Assembly (NCBI GenBank): GCA_965237685.1
Contig: CBDEGF010000002.1
Location: forward strand, 487,043 to 551,042
Source of the DNA: Candidatus Marinacidobacterales bacterium
GTDB taxonomy: Bacteria; Acidobacteriota; Vicinamibacteria; Marinacidobacterales; SMYC01
Direction: 5' to 3'
Length of the DNA: 64,000 nucleotides
Both the position numbers and the translations under genes were made by a program. The notes below the pieces were generated by a model, which saw nothing but the letters and a program-made list of their open reading frames with translations, searched no databases and was not told the DNA's origin. Numbering within the stretch: the stretch's first letter is position 1; each line of letters begins with the position of its first letter. Of the stretch, positions 51,102-59,268 are shown piece by piece.

Positions 51102-52012
51102 CGCGAAACGCCGAGCTCTCGGCGAAACTCACGCACCAGCGGATACACCAAGCATGTTTTCACCGCTTCGGCTTTTCTCTTGTGCCGGTCCATCCGGCCC
51201 CGGCCCGAAGTCACTCCCACCTCCACCCAGTTCGCTGCCAGATAGCACGTCCCCTCGTAACGCTCCCTCTCCACAAACGTCTCGAGCAACACCGGCCTCA
51301 CCCCGTAGGCTTCCTCCCAGTCATCGACCACCACTCGCGCTGCCAACGACAGCACGTGACTCGCGAGGCCTTTGATGGAAAGCCACGGCAGGATCAGGAA
51401 CCGACTGTTGTTGACCACCCGGGGAAGGTTCTTCTGCCGCGTTGCGTCATCCCAACCGATGAAGCCGTCACGCGCCTGAAGCCACCGCGCCGCCGAGGAG
51501 AACTGCACGCACCCACAGAGCTCCCGCCGAGGATTCGACATCCAGACCAAGTACCGCAGGTGCGCGCCAAAGGCCACCTTGTGGCCCAGGTAGTGGTAAC
51601 GCGCGACCAGTTCCCTCCATAGCGCTCGCTCCTCAGCGTTCGCCACCAAGCCCAGCATCACCGGAGCGACGTCCGATAGCTTGCCCTCACGCCGTGGCCG
51701 CTCGCGACCAGCCTTCGTGTAGTGGATGCTCGTCGGTCCGCGGCGCCGCTGCTCGTGACGCGGGGGCAACGTCACCAGCCCCTTCGCTTCGACAACCTCC
51801 AGGTACTCGTAGCATTCCCGGGTCTTGAGATTGCCGTTCCGACGAACCCACCCCAGGCCCTCACAGATCGTGCGCGCCAGCTCGTGCCGGGACAGACCAC
51901 ACGTGGCGATGATCTCCGTCAGCACGCTCCATTCCTCGTCGGTCACGGTCGTGCCGCAAAAGGTGGGTCGCTTGGCTGCGGTGTCGAGTGCAGCGTTTCC
52001 TGCCTGGGTCAC
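51098..52012 (-). CDS. DUF4338 (DruA-like) domain protein
   Basis: YHYLG, LRYLV, RDGFIGW, NNSRFLILPW, LASHVL, LLETFVE, GTCYLAANW, GRGRMD. Confidence 0.88.
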   Translation of the reverse strand: MTQAGNAALDTAAKRPTFCGTTVTDEEWSVLTEIIATCGLSRHELARTICEGLGWVRRNGNLKTRECYEYLEVVEAKGLVTLPPRHEQRRRGPTSIHYTKAGRERPRREGKLSDVAPVMLGLVANAEERALWRELVARYHYLGHKVAFGAHLRYLVWMSNPRRELCGCVQFSSAARWLQARDGFIGWDDATRQKNLPRVVNNSRFLILPWLSIKGLASHVLSLAARVVVDDWEEAYGVRPVLLETFVERERYEGTCYLAANWVEVGVTSGRGRMDRHKRKAEAVKTCLVYPLVREFRRELGVSR

Positions 52013-52030
52013 TGTTTTCCTCCCAGCCTG

Positions 52031-52059
52031 AGGTTACACAGTCAGCCAGCGTTTGTCCA
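52031..52059 (-). promoter_or_regulatory. Sigma70-like promoter inside IS end for DUF4338-tnpC
   Basis: TGGACA-17 nt-TAACCT, then GGAGG RBS and GTG 52012. Confidence 0.5.
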
Positions 52060-52169
52060 GTCCTTTTTTCCCTCTCTCTCTGCCCGCGAGAAAAACGACA
52101 CACCCGGCGTTCAGCTTACCGAATCGCCCCCACGTTCTCACGCACTACTACCGCAAGGACACGAAAGAC

Positions 52170-52601
52170 AACCTGGTCCGTCAGGTTTCCGAGAGCGTCG
52201 CCGCGGGCGCCGAGGTGGTGTTTCGCGGTGAGGCTCCCGACGGCCCGGGCTTGTTCTATCCGGTGTCGGCCATCACGAAAGTGACCGAGGAGATGCCCGC
52301 CTATAGCGAAGAGCTCTTCGGACCGGCCGCGGTGCTCCTGCCGTTCGACGACGAGGATCGCGCGGTTTCGGTAGCCAACGACACCTCGTACGGGCTCGGC
52401 GCGAGCCTGTGGACGAGCGACCGCTCCCGCGCCGAGCGACTGATCCCGCGCATCGAGGCGGGCGCGGTCTTCATCAACGGTCTCGTGAAATCGGATCCAA
52501 GGATCCCGTTCGGGGGGATCAAGGAGTCCGGTTTCGGGCGCGAGGTCGCCCACGAAGGCCTGAGGGAGTTCGTGAACCGCAAGACGGTCTGGATCAAGTG
52601 A
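52170..52601 (+). pseudogene. Aldehyde dehydrogenase (succinate-semialdehyde type) C-terminal fragment
   Basis: EELFGP, ANDTSYGLGASLWT, PFGGIKESGFGRE. Confidence 0.85.
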
Positions 52602-52637
52602 ACCGCGCACACCGCGTCGCGTTCGTCTCGCACCGTG

Positions 52638-53426
52638 TCACCCGCGCGGCCCCAGATAGATACCCTTCGGGTCGAGCTCGTTCCGAAGAAGCTCCAGAAC
52701 GTCTTTGCCGGGACGCTCGGTGATCGAGAGGGGTTCTTTGATTTTCAATGGCCAGCCCACCTCGGAGCGGACCTCGTCGACACTCACCCCAGGATGGAGC
52801 TTCTCCAGCACCATTTCGCGCGACTCGGGATCGAAGCCGTAGACACCCAGGTTGGTGATCACTCGCCCGGGTCCACCACCCGGTGACCCAAGAGCTTCGC
52901 GAGAGCGGCCTCCCTCGTGATAACCGACGCTCGTCCGGAAATCGAGGGATTCCGGAAACTTGTTCTTCTTCTGCGGAAGGATGATGACAGTCCTTTTGGC
53001 CAGCCACGCGATCTCTGCGGCACCGCCCGCGCCGGGAAGCCGAACCTCGGGCTGCCTGTAGTCGGCGCCGATGACAGTGGTGTTGAGGTTCCCGAAGCGA
53101 TCGATCTGGGCCGCGCCGAGAAAGCCGACGTCGATGAGCCCCTGCTGGAGGAAGTACTGGAATATCTCTGTCATCGGCAGCACCTGAACGGCGCCGGTGA
53201 CGAGACAGGGATCGCCGATCGAGATGGGAAGCCGCGAAGGCCGCGCCCCGTACACCCCGGCTTCGTAGACCATCCGGACGTCGGGCGCATGGGTGCGCTG
53301 CGCGAGGTTCGCGGCGAGATTGGGAAGGCCGATGCCGACGAAAACGACGTCGCCATTGCGGATCTCCTGCGCTGCGGCCAGGGCCATGATCTCCGAAAGA
53401 CGCGGCTCGTCAGCGGTAGAGGCCAT
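52638..53426 (-). CDS. CoA-transferase beta subunit (GctB/PcaJ-like)
   Basis: VFVGIGLP, YEAG, GAAQIDRFGNLN, RLPGAGG. Confidence 0.9.
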   Translation of the reverse strand: MASTADEPRLSEIMALAAAQEIRNGDVVFVGIGLPNLAANLAQRTHAPDVRMVYEAGVYGARPSRLPISIGDPCLVTGAVQVLPMTEIFQYFLQQGLIDVGFLGAAQIDRFGNLNTTVIGADYRQPEVRLPGAGGAAEIAWLAKRTVIILPQKKNKFPESLDFRTSVGYHEGGRSREALGSPGGGPGRVITNLGVYGFDPESREMVLEKLHPGVSVDEVRSEVGWPLKIKEPLSITERPGKDVLELLRNELDPKGIYLGPRG

Positions 53427-54327
53427 AGTCGACGGAGGGCGAAGGAGCGGGCTCGGGCCGGAGGCGTGCCAGGGTTTCCTCGCCGCATTTCTCGCGATAG
53501 GCAGCGCGGTCGGGGAGGCCATAGACCCACTCTTCGAGATAGGCGTTCATCCCGTCAACCGAACGACTTCTGCGATCCCACGCCAGGTAGAACTCGTTGT
53601 CTCGATCGTAGAATCCCTGCACGTAGCTCGGGTGGGCGCCAAAGGGCTCGTGAACGACGGCATTCACGACGAGGCCCGGAATCAACGTCCGGTTCGGGTC
53701 GGATCGAATCACGGTCTCGTCGACGAGATCCTCCACGACGACGATCACTTTCTTTGCCGCGAAGGCCGCTTCCTTCTGAACGCCCGTGAGGCCCCAGATC
53801 TGAGTATTGCCTTCGCTGTCCGATCTCTGGGCGTGAACAATGGCCACGTCTGGCCTGAGAGCCGGCACGGCGTAGAGCGTATCGCCGGTGAAAGGACAGA
53901 CGATGGGCCGGATCTGCGGGTTGACGCGCGGCAAATCGGTCCCGTGGTAGTTCCTCAGAGGCAGGAACGGCAGCCCCGCGGCGCCCGCCTGGAGTCGTGA
54001 CACCAACCCGAAGTGCGAGTACTCCTCGATCTCGATGGAGCGAGGGATGCCTCTCTCCACTGCCCGACGGATGCCGTGCAGCGAGCCCACCCCGGGGTTT
54101 CCGATCCAGCCGAAGACGAGCTTTCTCGCGACTCCGGCCGCCACCATCTGATCGAAGATGAGATCCGGCGTCAGTCGGCAGAGCGAGAGGTCCCGCCTGC
54201 GCTGACGAATGATCTCGTGGCCGGCAGCGAAGGGAATCAAATGGGTGAAGCCTTCGGCCACCAGCGAATCCCCGTCCGACACGTAGCGCGCGATCGCCTC
54301 CCTCATCGAGAGGAGCTTTCCGCTCAT
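53410..54327 (-). CDS. CoA-transferase alpha subunit (GctA/PcaI-like)
   Basis: EGFTHLIPFAAGHEIIRQ, GNPGVGSL, PFGAHPS. Confidence 0.9.
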   Translation of the reverse strand: MSGKLLSMREAIARYVSDGDSLVAEGFTHLIPFAAGHEIIRQRRRDLSLCRLTPDLIFDQMVAAGVARKLVFGWIGNPGVGSLHGIRRAVERGIPRSIEIEEYSHFGLVSRLQAGAAGLPFLPLRNYHGTDLPRVNPQIRPIVCPFTGDTLYAVPALRPDVAIVHAQRSDSEGNTQIWGLTGVQKEAAFAAKKVIVVVEDLVDETVIRSDPNRTLIPGLVVNAVVHEPFGAHPSYVQGFYDRDNEFYLAWDRRSRSVDGMNAYLEEWVYGLPDRAAYREKCGEETLARLRPEPAPSPSVDYGLYR

Positions 54328-54345
54328 AGTGAGGATTCTTTGCTC

Positions 54346-55296
54346 CTACCAGTCGACCGTCTGGCCGCTTCCCTCTCGAGACACGCGATCGACGACGATG
54401 CGAGCGCTGACCACATCCTCGAATGCCATCCCTTCCGGCTTGAAAATCGTTACGTCCTCAGCTGTGATGCGTCCTTTGGCCGAGCCCACCAGGACCTCGC
54501 CGAGCTCCGCCTCGACCGCTGGATGGTCTCCGGGCTCCCAGTGCTCTCGAAACTTCTTTCGAGTATCGACGAACAGACGACTCCTTCCCAGGAGCTCCAA
54601 CGGGATCTCCGAATAGTGGCTTCCCATGGGGGCGGCCACCCCGATGTGAGTGCCAGCACGAACGGCCTCTGCCCGAAACAAGGGTGCCTCGGAGCTCGTC
54701 GTGCAAGCAATCACATCGGCCTCGGCGCAGACGGTATCGGCGTCATGCATGGAATCCAGGGGAACATCCACCTTCGAGCGCATTTCGGTCAAGTACTCCC
54801 GCACGCGTCCCGCGTTGCGGCCCCAGACGAGGACCCGCTGAAACGCGTGGGCCGCAAGGTGACACAACAGGTGCGTGCGGGCGTGAAGACCGGTTCCCAG
54901 GATTCCCAACACTTCACCGTTTCGCCGACCCAGTTCCCGCGCCGCGATTGCCGTCGCTGCCCCGGTCCGCAATGCGGTCAGGTAGGTCGCGTCGACAACG
55001 GCCTCGAGCTCACCCGTGTCCGGATCCAAAAGGGTGACCACCGCCCGGATGTAGGGTTTGCCCTTTGCGGGGTTGTCGGCATAAAGCCCCAGAATCTTCG
55101 CGCCAACCCCCACTCGAGGAACATGGGCCGCGTAGAGCTTGATCGAAGTTTCCCCGTTGTAGCTCAGCCCTCCATAGGCGTCGCCGACATCGCCTCGGGC
55201 GACGAGCCGAAAGCCCGACTCCACCGCTTCGTTGCACTCCTCCACGCTGATGGACCGTCGCACCAGCGCGTCGGACACGAGCAGCAAAGGCATCAC
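54346..55296 (-). CDS. Ornithine cyclodeaminase/mu-crystallin family protein
   Basis: LTALRTGAA, GILGTG, AELGEVL.G...GR. Confidence 0.88.
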   Translation of the reverse strand: MMPLLLVSDALVRRSISVEECNEAVESGFRLVARGDVGDAYGGLSYNGETSIKLYAAHVPRVGVGAKILGLYADNPAKGKPYIRAVVTLLDPDTGELEAVVDATYLTALRTGAATAIAARELGRRNGEVLGILGTGLHARTHLLCHLAAHAFQRVLVWGRNAGRVREYLTEMRSKVDVPLDSMHDADTVCAEADVIACTTSSEAPLFRAEAVRAGTHIGVAAPMGSHYSEIPLELLGRSRLFVDTRKKFREHWEPGDHPAVEAELGEVLVGSAKGRITAEDVTIFKPEGMAFEDVVSARIVVDRVSREGSGQTVDW

Positions 55297-55339
55297 GCAG
55301 ACCTTTCGCCACCCGGTACCCTCGAACGACTGAGAGCGG

Positions 55340-56941
55340 TCACTTGTATCGCACGCCTCCTTTGACCACGGCGTAGACGCGCTTCATCGCGCCTTCCATG
55401 TCCAGCAAAGGATTTCCAGCGACCACGATGACATCGGCCAGCTTGCCTTCCTCGATCGTACCGAGCTCCGACAACAATCCCAGACCCTCCGCCCCGTTGC
55501 GCGTCGCGGCCTGGATCGCCTGCATGGGTGTCATACCCAGCTCCACCATATGGGCCATCTCACCAGCGTATGGGTCTTCCTGGCGCATGGTCATGAAGGC
55601 GCCGGTATCCGTGCCCATCCAGAACTTCGCTCCGGCTTTGATGAAGCGCCGCATGTTCTCTTTCGACGTCTCCAGGCGTCTCAGTTGCTCGTTATAGGAC
55701 CGACTCGTACGTTGGATGGCGTCTGGCGGATACATCGTCAGGCCGGGCTGATCCGGGTGCCTCTTGTTGTATAGAAGCTTGTCCCGATACTGCATGAGAA
55801 CGCGGTGCTCGAAAGGTCCCGAGAAGTGGCCGTTTCCATACAGCGACATCGTGTAGAGCGTTTCGTCGAAGCGATGCGGATCCATGGCGAGCTCGATCTT
55901 TTGAATCATCACCTCGAGGAGCGTATCCACGATCACGCCCTTTTTGACGTAGCCTTCGATGATGTCCCATTCGATGATCTCGTTACCGTAGAAGGGATGC
56001 TGGAGCGTATCGACATCGAATGCCAGCATCCGCCGGAGGCCGTTGTTGTGTCCACCGCAGTGGACATCGACGATCTTTCCGAGCTCATGCGCCCGGTCGA
56101 TGATGAACTCCAGCTCCTCATCCGTGAAGTCGTTCTCTCCGTCGTAGGGCTCGTGCCACATGTACAGCTTCCAGAAATTGAAGTCGGGACCCTCCTGACC
56201 CCAGTCGTTGGGGTCCAGATCGTTGAGATCCTCGATGACGTTGTACTCGAACTGGTGCTTGATGAACTCGATGGCTGCCGGGTCCGTCTGGTTGTTCATC
56301 TTCAGATGTCGTTCCCAGTGCGCCTTGCTCATCCAGAGCGAGCCGCCCAAATAGATGCGAGGGCCGGGTATCTCTCCCCGTTCGATTCTCCGTTTGAGAT
56401 CGAGCTCTAGATCCGCCGGACCCGGAGTCTGGCGAAATCCGGTGATGCCCTGCATCAGATAGGTCCAGGCGATGAACTCCATTTGCGACCAATTGTGTTC
56501 CCATCGCGTCTTGAAATCCTCCAGCGAAAGGCTGACATCCGGCGTCGAGAACAACGGATTCAGTACCATGTGCTGGTTCGAATCGATCAACCCCGGCATG
56601 ATGGTCATCCCACGGGCGTCGATGACATGGGCGCCTTCGGGGATCCGGACCTCTTCCATCGGGGCCACCTGGACGATCCGCTCACCTTCGATCAAGACCG
56701 CCTGGTCATGCCTCGGAGTCCCACCCGTCGCGTCGACCAGAAGCCCCCCCATAATCACGATCGGTCCCCGTGGAAGATAAGGAGGCCCCTGCGGTCCTTG
56801 AACCAGCTGGTCGACGGGTATCTGGTCCAGTCGCGCCGAAGGCCGCGCCTGTACGGCCTCTCCGCCATGAGTCGCAAAACCGATGAGTGAAGCCAGGCTG
56901 CCAATTCCCAGAGCCGCAACCGTTACAGTAATTCCCTTCAC
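55340..56941 (-). CDS. Secreted amidohydrolase family protein with divergent metal site
   Basis: MPGLIDSNQH, VDVH, GTDTG, GTIEEGKLADVIVV. Confidence 0.85.
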   Translation of the reverse strand: MKGITVTVAALGIGSLASLIGFATHGGEAVQARPSARLDQIPVDQLVQGPQGPPYLPRGPIVIMGGLLVDATGGTPRHDQAVLIEGERIVQVAPMEEVRIPEGAHVIDARGMTIMPGLIDSNQHMVLNPLFSTPDVSLSLEDFKTRWEHNWSQMEFIAWTYLMQGITGFRQTPGPADLELDLKRRIERGEIPGPRIYLGGSLWMSKAHWERHLKMNNQTDPAAIEFIKHQFEYNVIEDLNDLDPNDWGQEGPDFNFWKLYMWHEPYDGENDFTDEELEFIIDRAHELGKIVDVHCGGHNNGLRRMLAFDVDTLQHPFYGNEIIEWDIIEGYVKKGVIVDTLLEVMIQKIELAMDPHRFDETLYTMSLYGNGHFSGPFEHRVLMQYRDKLLYNKRHPDQPGLTMYPPDAIQRTSRSYNEQLRRLETSKENMRRFIKAGAKFWMGTDTGAFMTMRQEDPYAGEMAHMVELGMTPMQAIQAATRNGAEGLGLLSELGTIEEGKLADVIVVAGNPLLDMEGAMKRVYAVVKGGVRYK

Positions 56942-57042
56942 TGTTCCCTCCTTGGCGCGACACCCCCGAAATGCACAAACGTCGCAGCTTCCTACTATCA
57001 TCGCGTAACGAACGAGGGCAAACGCGGCGCCGTGTTAGGTTT

Positions 57043-57138
57043 CGGTCGCGCGCCCGGAGAGACGGCGCCGGCCAGAGCCTACGTCAAAGCTTCCGACGGC
57101 AGGAGCTACGCGCCGCTCGGAGCGTTTCACAAGGTCAA
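57043..57138 (+). repeat. 96-bp duplicate of 60246-60341
   Basis: Ungapped match, 5 mismatches. Confidence 0.9.
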
Positions 57139-57253
57139 TACCGCCTTTCACGCTGCGCGGGCCCGAGCAATTGGTTGGCGCGGGTCGTCTCCTTGCGTCT
57201 GCCGTGGGCGCGGTGAGAAGATCTCCCGTCCACGTCGGACCAGGGAGGAAACC

Positions 57254-59098
57254 ATGAGCCGCATTCGCGTTCTCGTCGTTGCCATATGCGCTCTCGCAGC
57301 AATCTGGGTTTCGGTTGACGCCGGTTGGGCGCAGAGGACCCAGAAGCCCGTGCTCCACGCCAAGCATTGGATGGCCATCACCGGCAAGCCGCTGGCCGCC
57401 ACCGCTGGCGCGATGATGTTCCAGAAAGGTGGAAACGCCGTCGATGCCGCCTGCGCCATGCTCGGGGCCACGTCGACCATGTTCGACGCGCTCAGCTGGG
57501 GAGGGGAGACGCAGGCGCTCATCTACCATCCCGGACAGAAGAAAGTCATCGGGATCAATGCCCTCGGTGTCGCACCGAGCGGCGCGACCCCGAGCTTCTT
57601 CAAGGAAAGGGGCATGGAATATCCACCCCAGTACGGCCCTTTGGCAGCGGTCACGCCCGGGACACCGGGCGGCCTCCTGGTCATGCTGGCAGAGTACGGA
57701 ACGCTCAGCCTGGAGGACGTCCTCGAGCCCGCGATCCAGATGGCCGAGGGCTATGCCATCGAGGAGGGCACCGCGGACAACATCGAGCGAAACAAGGAGC
57801 ACATCAAAAAGTGGCCGTACTCGCGGGAAGCCCTGTTGCCTCACCTTGGTGAAGAGCGCGAGGCGCCCCGGCCGGGGGAGATCTTCCGCCAACCGGAGCT
57901 CGCCGAGACCCTGCGAAAGCTCGTTACCGCGGAGCAGGAAGCTCTTGCCGGCGGAGCCAGCCGGAAAGAGGCGATCAACGCCGCCTACGATCGTTTCTAC
58001 AAAGGAGACATCGCTCAGGAGTTCGTTCGCGGCTCGCAGGAGCAGGGTGGACTCCACACACTGGACGATCTCGCCAACTGGCAGGTGCACATCGAAGAAC
58101 CGGTCAGGACCACCTACAAGGGCGTCGAAGTGTACAAGCTCACGCACTGGGTGCAAGGTCCGGTGCTCCTTCAGACTCTGAACATCGTCGAGAACTTCGA
58201 TGTGCAGTCGATGGGCTACAACACCGCCCAATACATCCATACGCTCTACCAGGCGATGAACCTGGCCTACGCGGATCGGGACTTCTACTACGGGGACCCT
58301 TACTTTCCGCCCGAGGAGCCCATCGCTGGTCTGCTGTCGAAGGAGTACGCGAAGGAGCGGGCGAAGCTCATCGACCGGGACAAGAACGATCCCGACGCCG
58401 GGCCGGGCGACCCCTATCCGTACCAGGACGGAACCAATCCTTACCTCCACTACATCGAGAAATGGAACAAGCGTGAGACGACCGAAAACGACCAGCAGTT
58501 CGAAGAGGGTTTCTACGCTGGAACCACCTCGATCCAGGCGGCGGACGAAAACGGATGGGTCGTTTCGATTACGCCTAGTGGCGGGTGGATTCCCGCCTGC
58601 CTTGCCGGGCGCACCGGAATCGGCATGAGCCAACGGATGCAAAGCTTTGTTCTGGACGCGTCGGCCAACCCGTTCAACGTGCTCGAGCCGGGAAAGCGGC
58701 CGCGTGCAACGCTCACTCCCAGTCTCGCTCTCAAGGATGGACGGCCCTTCCTCTCGTTCGCGGTTCAAGGTGGGGATGCTCAGGATCAGAACCTCCTTCA
58801 GTTCTTCCTGAACGTCGTGGAGTTCGGGATGAACGTTCAGCAGGCGGCGGAAGCGGCCAACATCAACAGCAACCAGATGAGAAGCTCGTTTCGGGCCCAC
58901 GAATCGAGACCGGGCCGGCTGGTACTGAATACCGCTGTGCCACCCTGGGTGCGGGCGAAGCTCCAGGACAAGGGGTACGAGCTCACGTTCCGTGACCGGA
59001 CGTCCGGGCCAATCAACGCCATCTTCTTCGACTGGAAGCACGGCTCGATGTGGGGTGGATCGAGCAATCACGGCGACGACTACGGGATCGCGTGGTAA
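57254..59098 (+). CDS. ggt: Gamma-glutamyltransferase
   Basis: GGNAVDAA, FYKGDIA, AYADRD, Thr nucleophile in GTTS, PGKRP. Confidence 0.93.
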   Translation: MSRIRVLVVAICALAAIWVSVDAGWAQRTQKPVLHAKHWMAITGKPLAATAGAMMFQKGGNAVDAACAMLGATSTMFDALSWGGETQALIYHPGQKKVIGINALGVAPSGATPSFFKERGMEYPPQYGPLAAVTPGTPGGLLVMLAEYGTLSLEDVLEPAIQMAEGYAIEEGTADNIERNKEHIKKWPYSREALLPHLGEEREAPRPGEIFRQPELAETLRKLVTAEQEALAGGASRKEAINAAYDRFYKGDIAQEFVRGSQEQGGLHTLDDLANWQVHIEEPVRTTYKGVEVYKLTHWVQGPVLLQTLNIVENFDVQSMGYNTAQYIHTLYQAMNLAYADRDFYYGDPYFPPEEPIAGLLSKEYAKERAKLIDRDKNDPDAGPGDPYPYQDGTNPYLHYIEKWNKRETTENDQQFEEGFYAGTTSIQAADENGWVVSITPSGGWIPACLAGRTGIGMSQRMQSFVLDASANPFNVLEPGKRPRATLTPSLALKDGRPFLSFAVQGGDAQDQNLLQFFLNVVEFGMNVQQAAEAANINSNQMRSSFRAHESRPGRLVLNTAVPPWVRAKLQDKGYELTFRDRTSGPINAIFFDWKHGSMWGGSSNHGDDYGIAW

Positions 59099-59253
59099 GG
59101 GCCGTGGCAAGAATAATTCCCCATTCTGGGGCGCCGATCCATCCCGTCTGGCGGCGTTGCTCGTCGCATATATCCAGATATTACTCACTTCTCGCGCCTT
59201 GCCAGGCGGGCGCCTCGACGCCCGAGAATGGGAACTTATTTTTGCCACGACCC
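59099..59253. mobile_element. MITE copy 2 (155 bp, TAA target duplication)
   Basis: Reverse-complement relative of 21454-21610, flanked by TAA at 59096-59098 and 59254-59256. Confidence 0.88.
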
Positions 59254-59268
59254 TAAGGAGGTGGCCAC

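Larger units (their letters stand above)
48680..52119. mobile_element. IS66-family element with both termini, convergent tnpA-tnpB and DUF4338-tnpC
   Basis: Inverted ends GTAAGCTGAGCG (48680) and GTAAGCTGAACG (52119, minus); no 8-bp target duplication seen. Confidence 0.88.

Noticed and set aside
51098-52012. Complete Druantia defence system
   Set aside because: Only a DUF4338 gene; no DruE-type helicase or other dru genes
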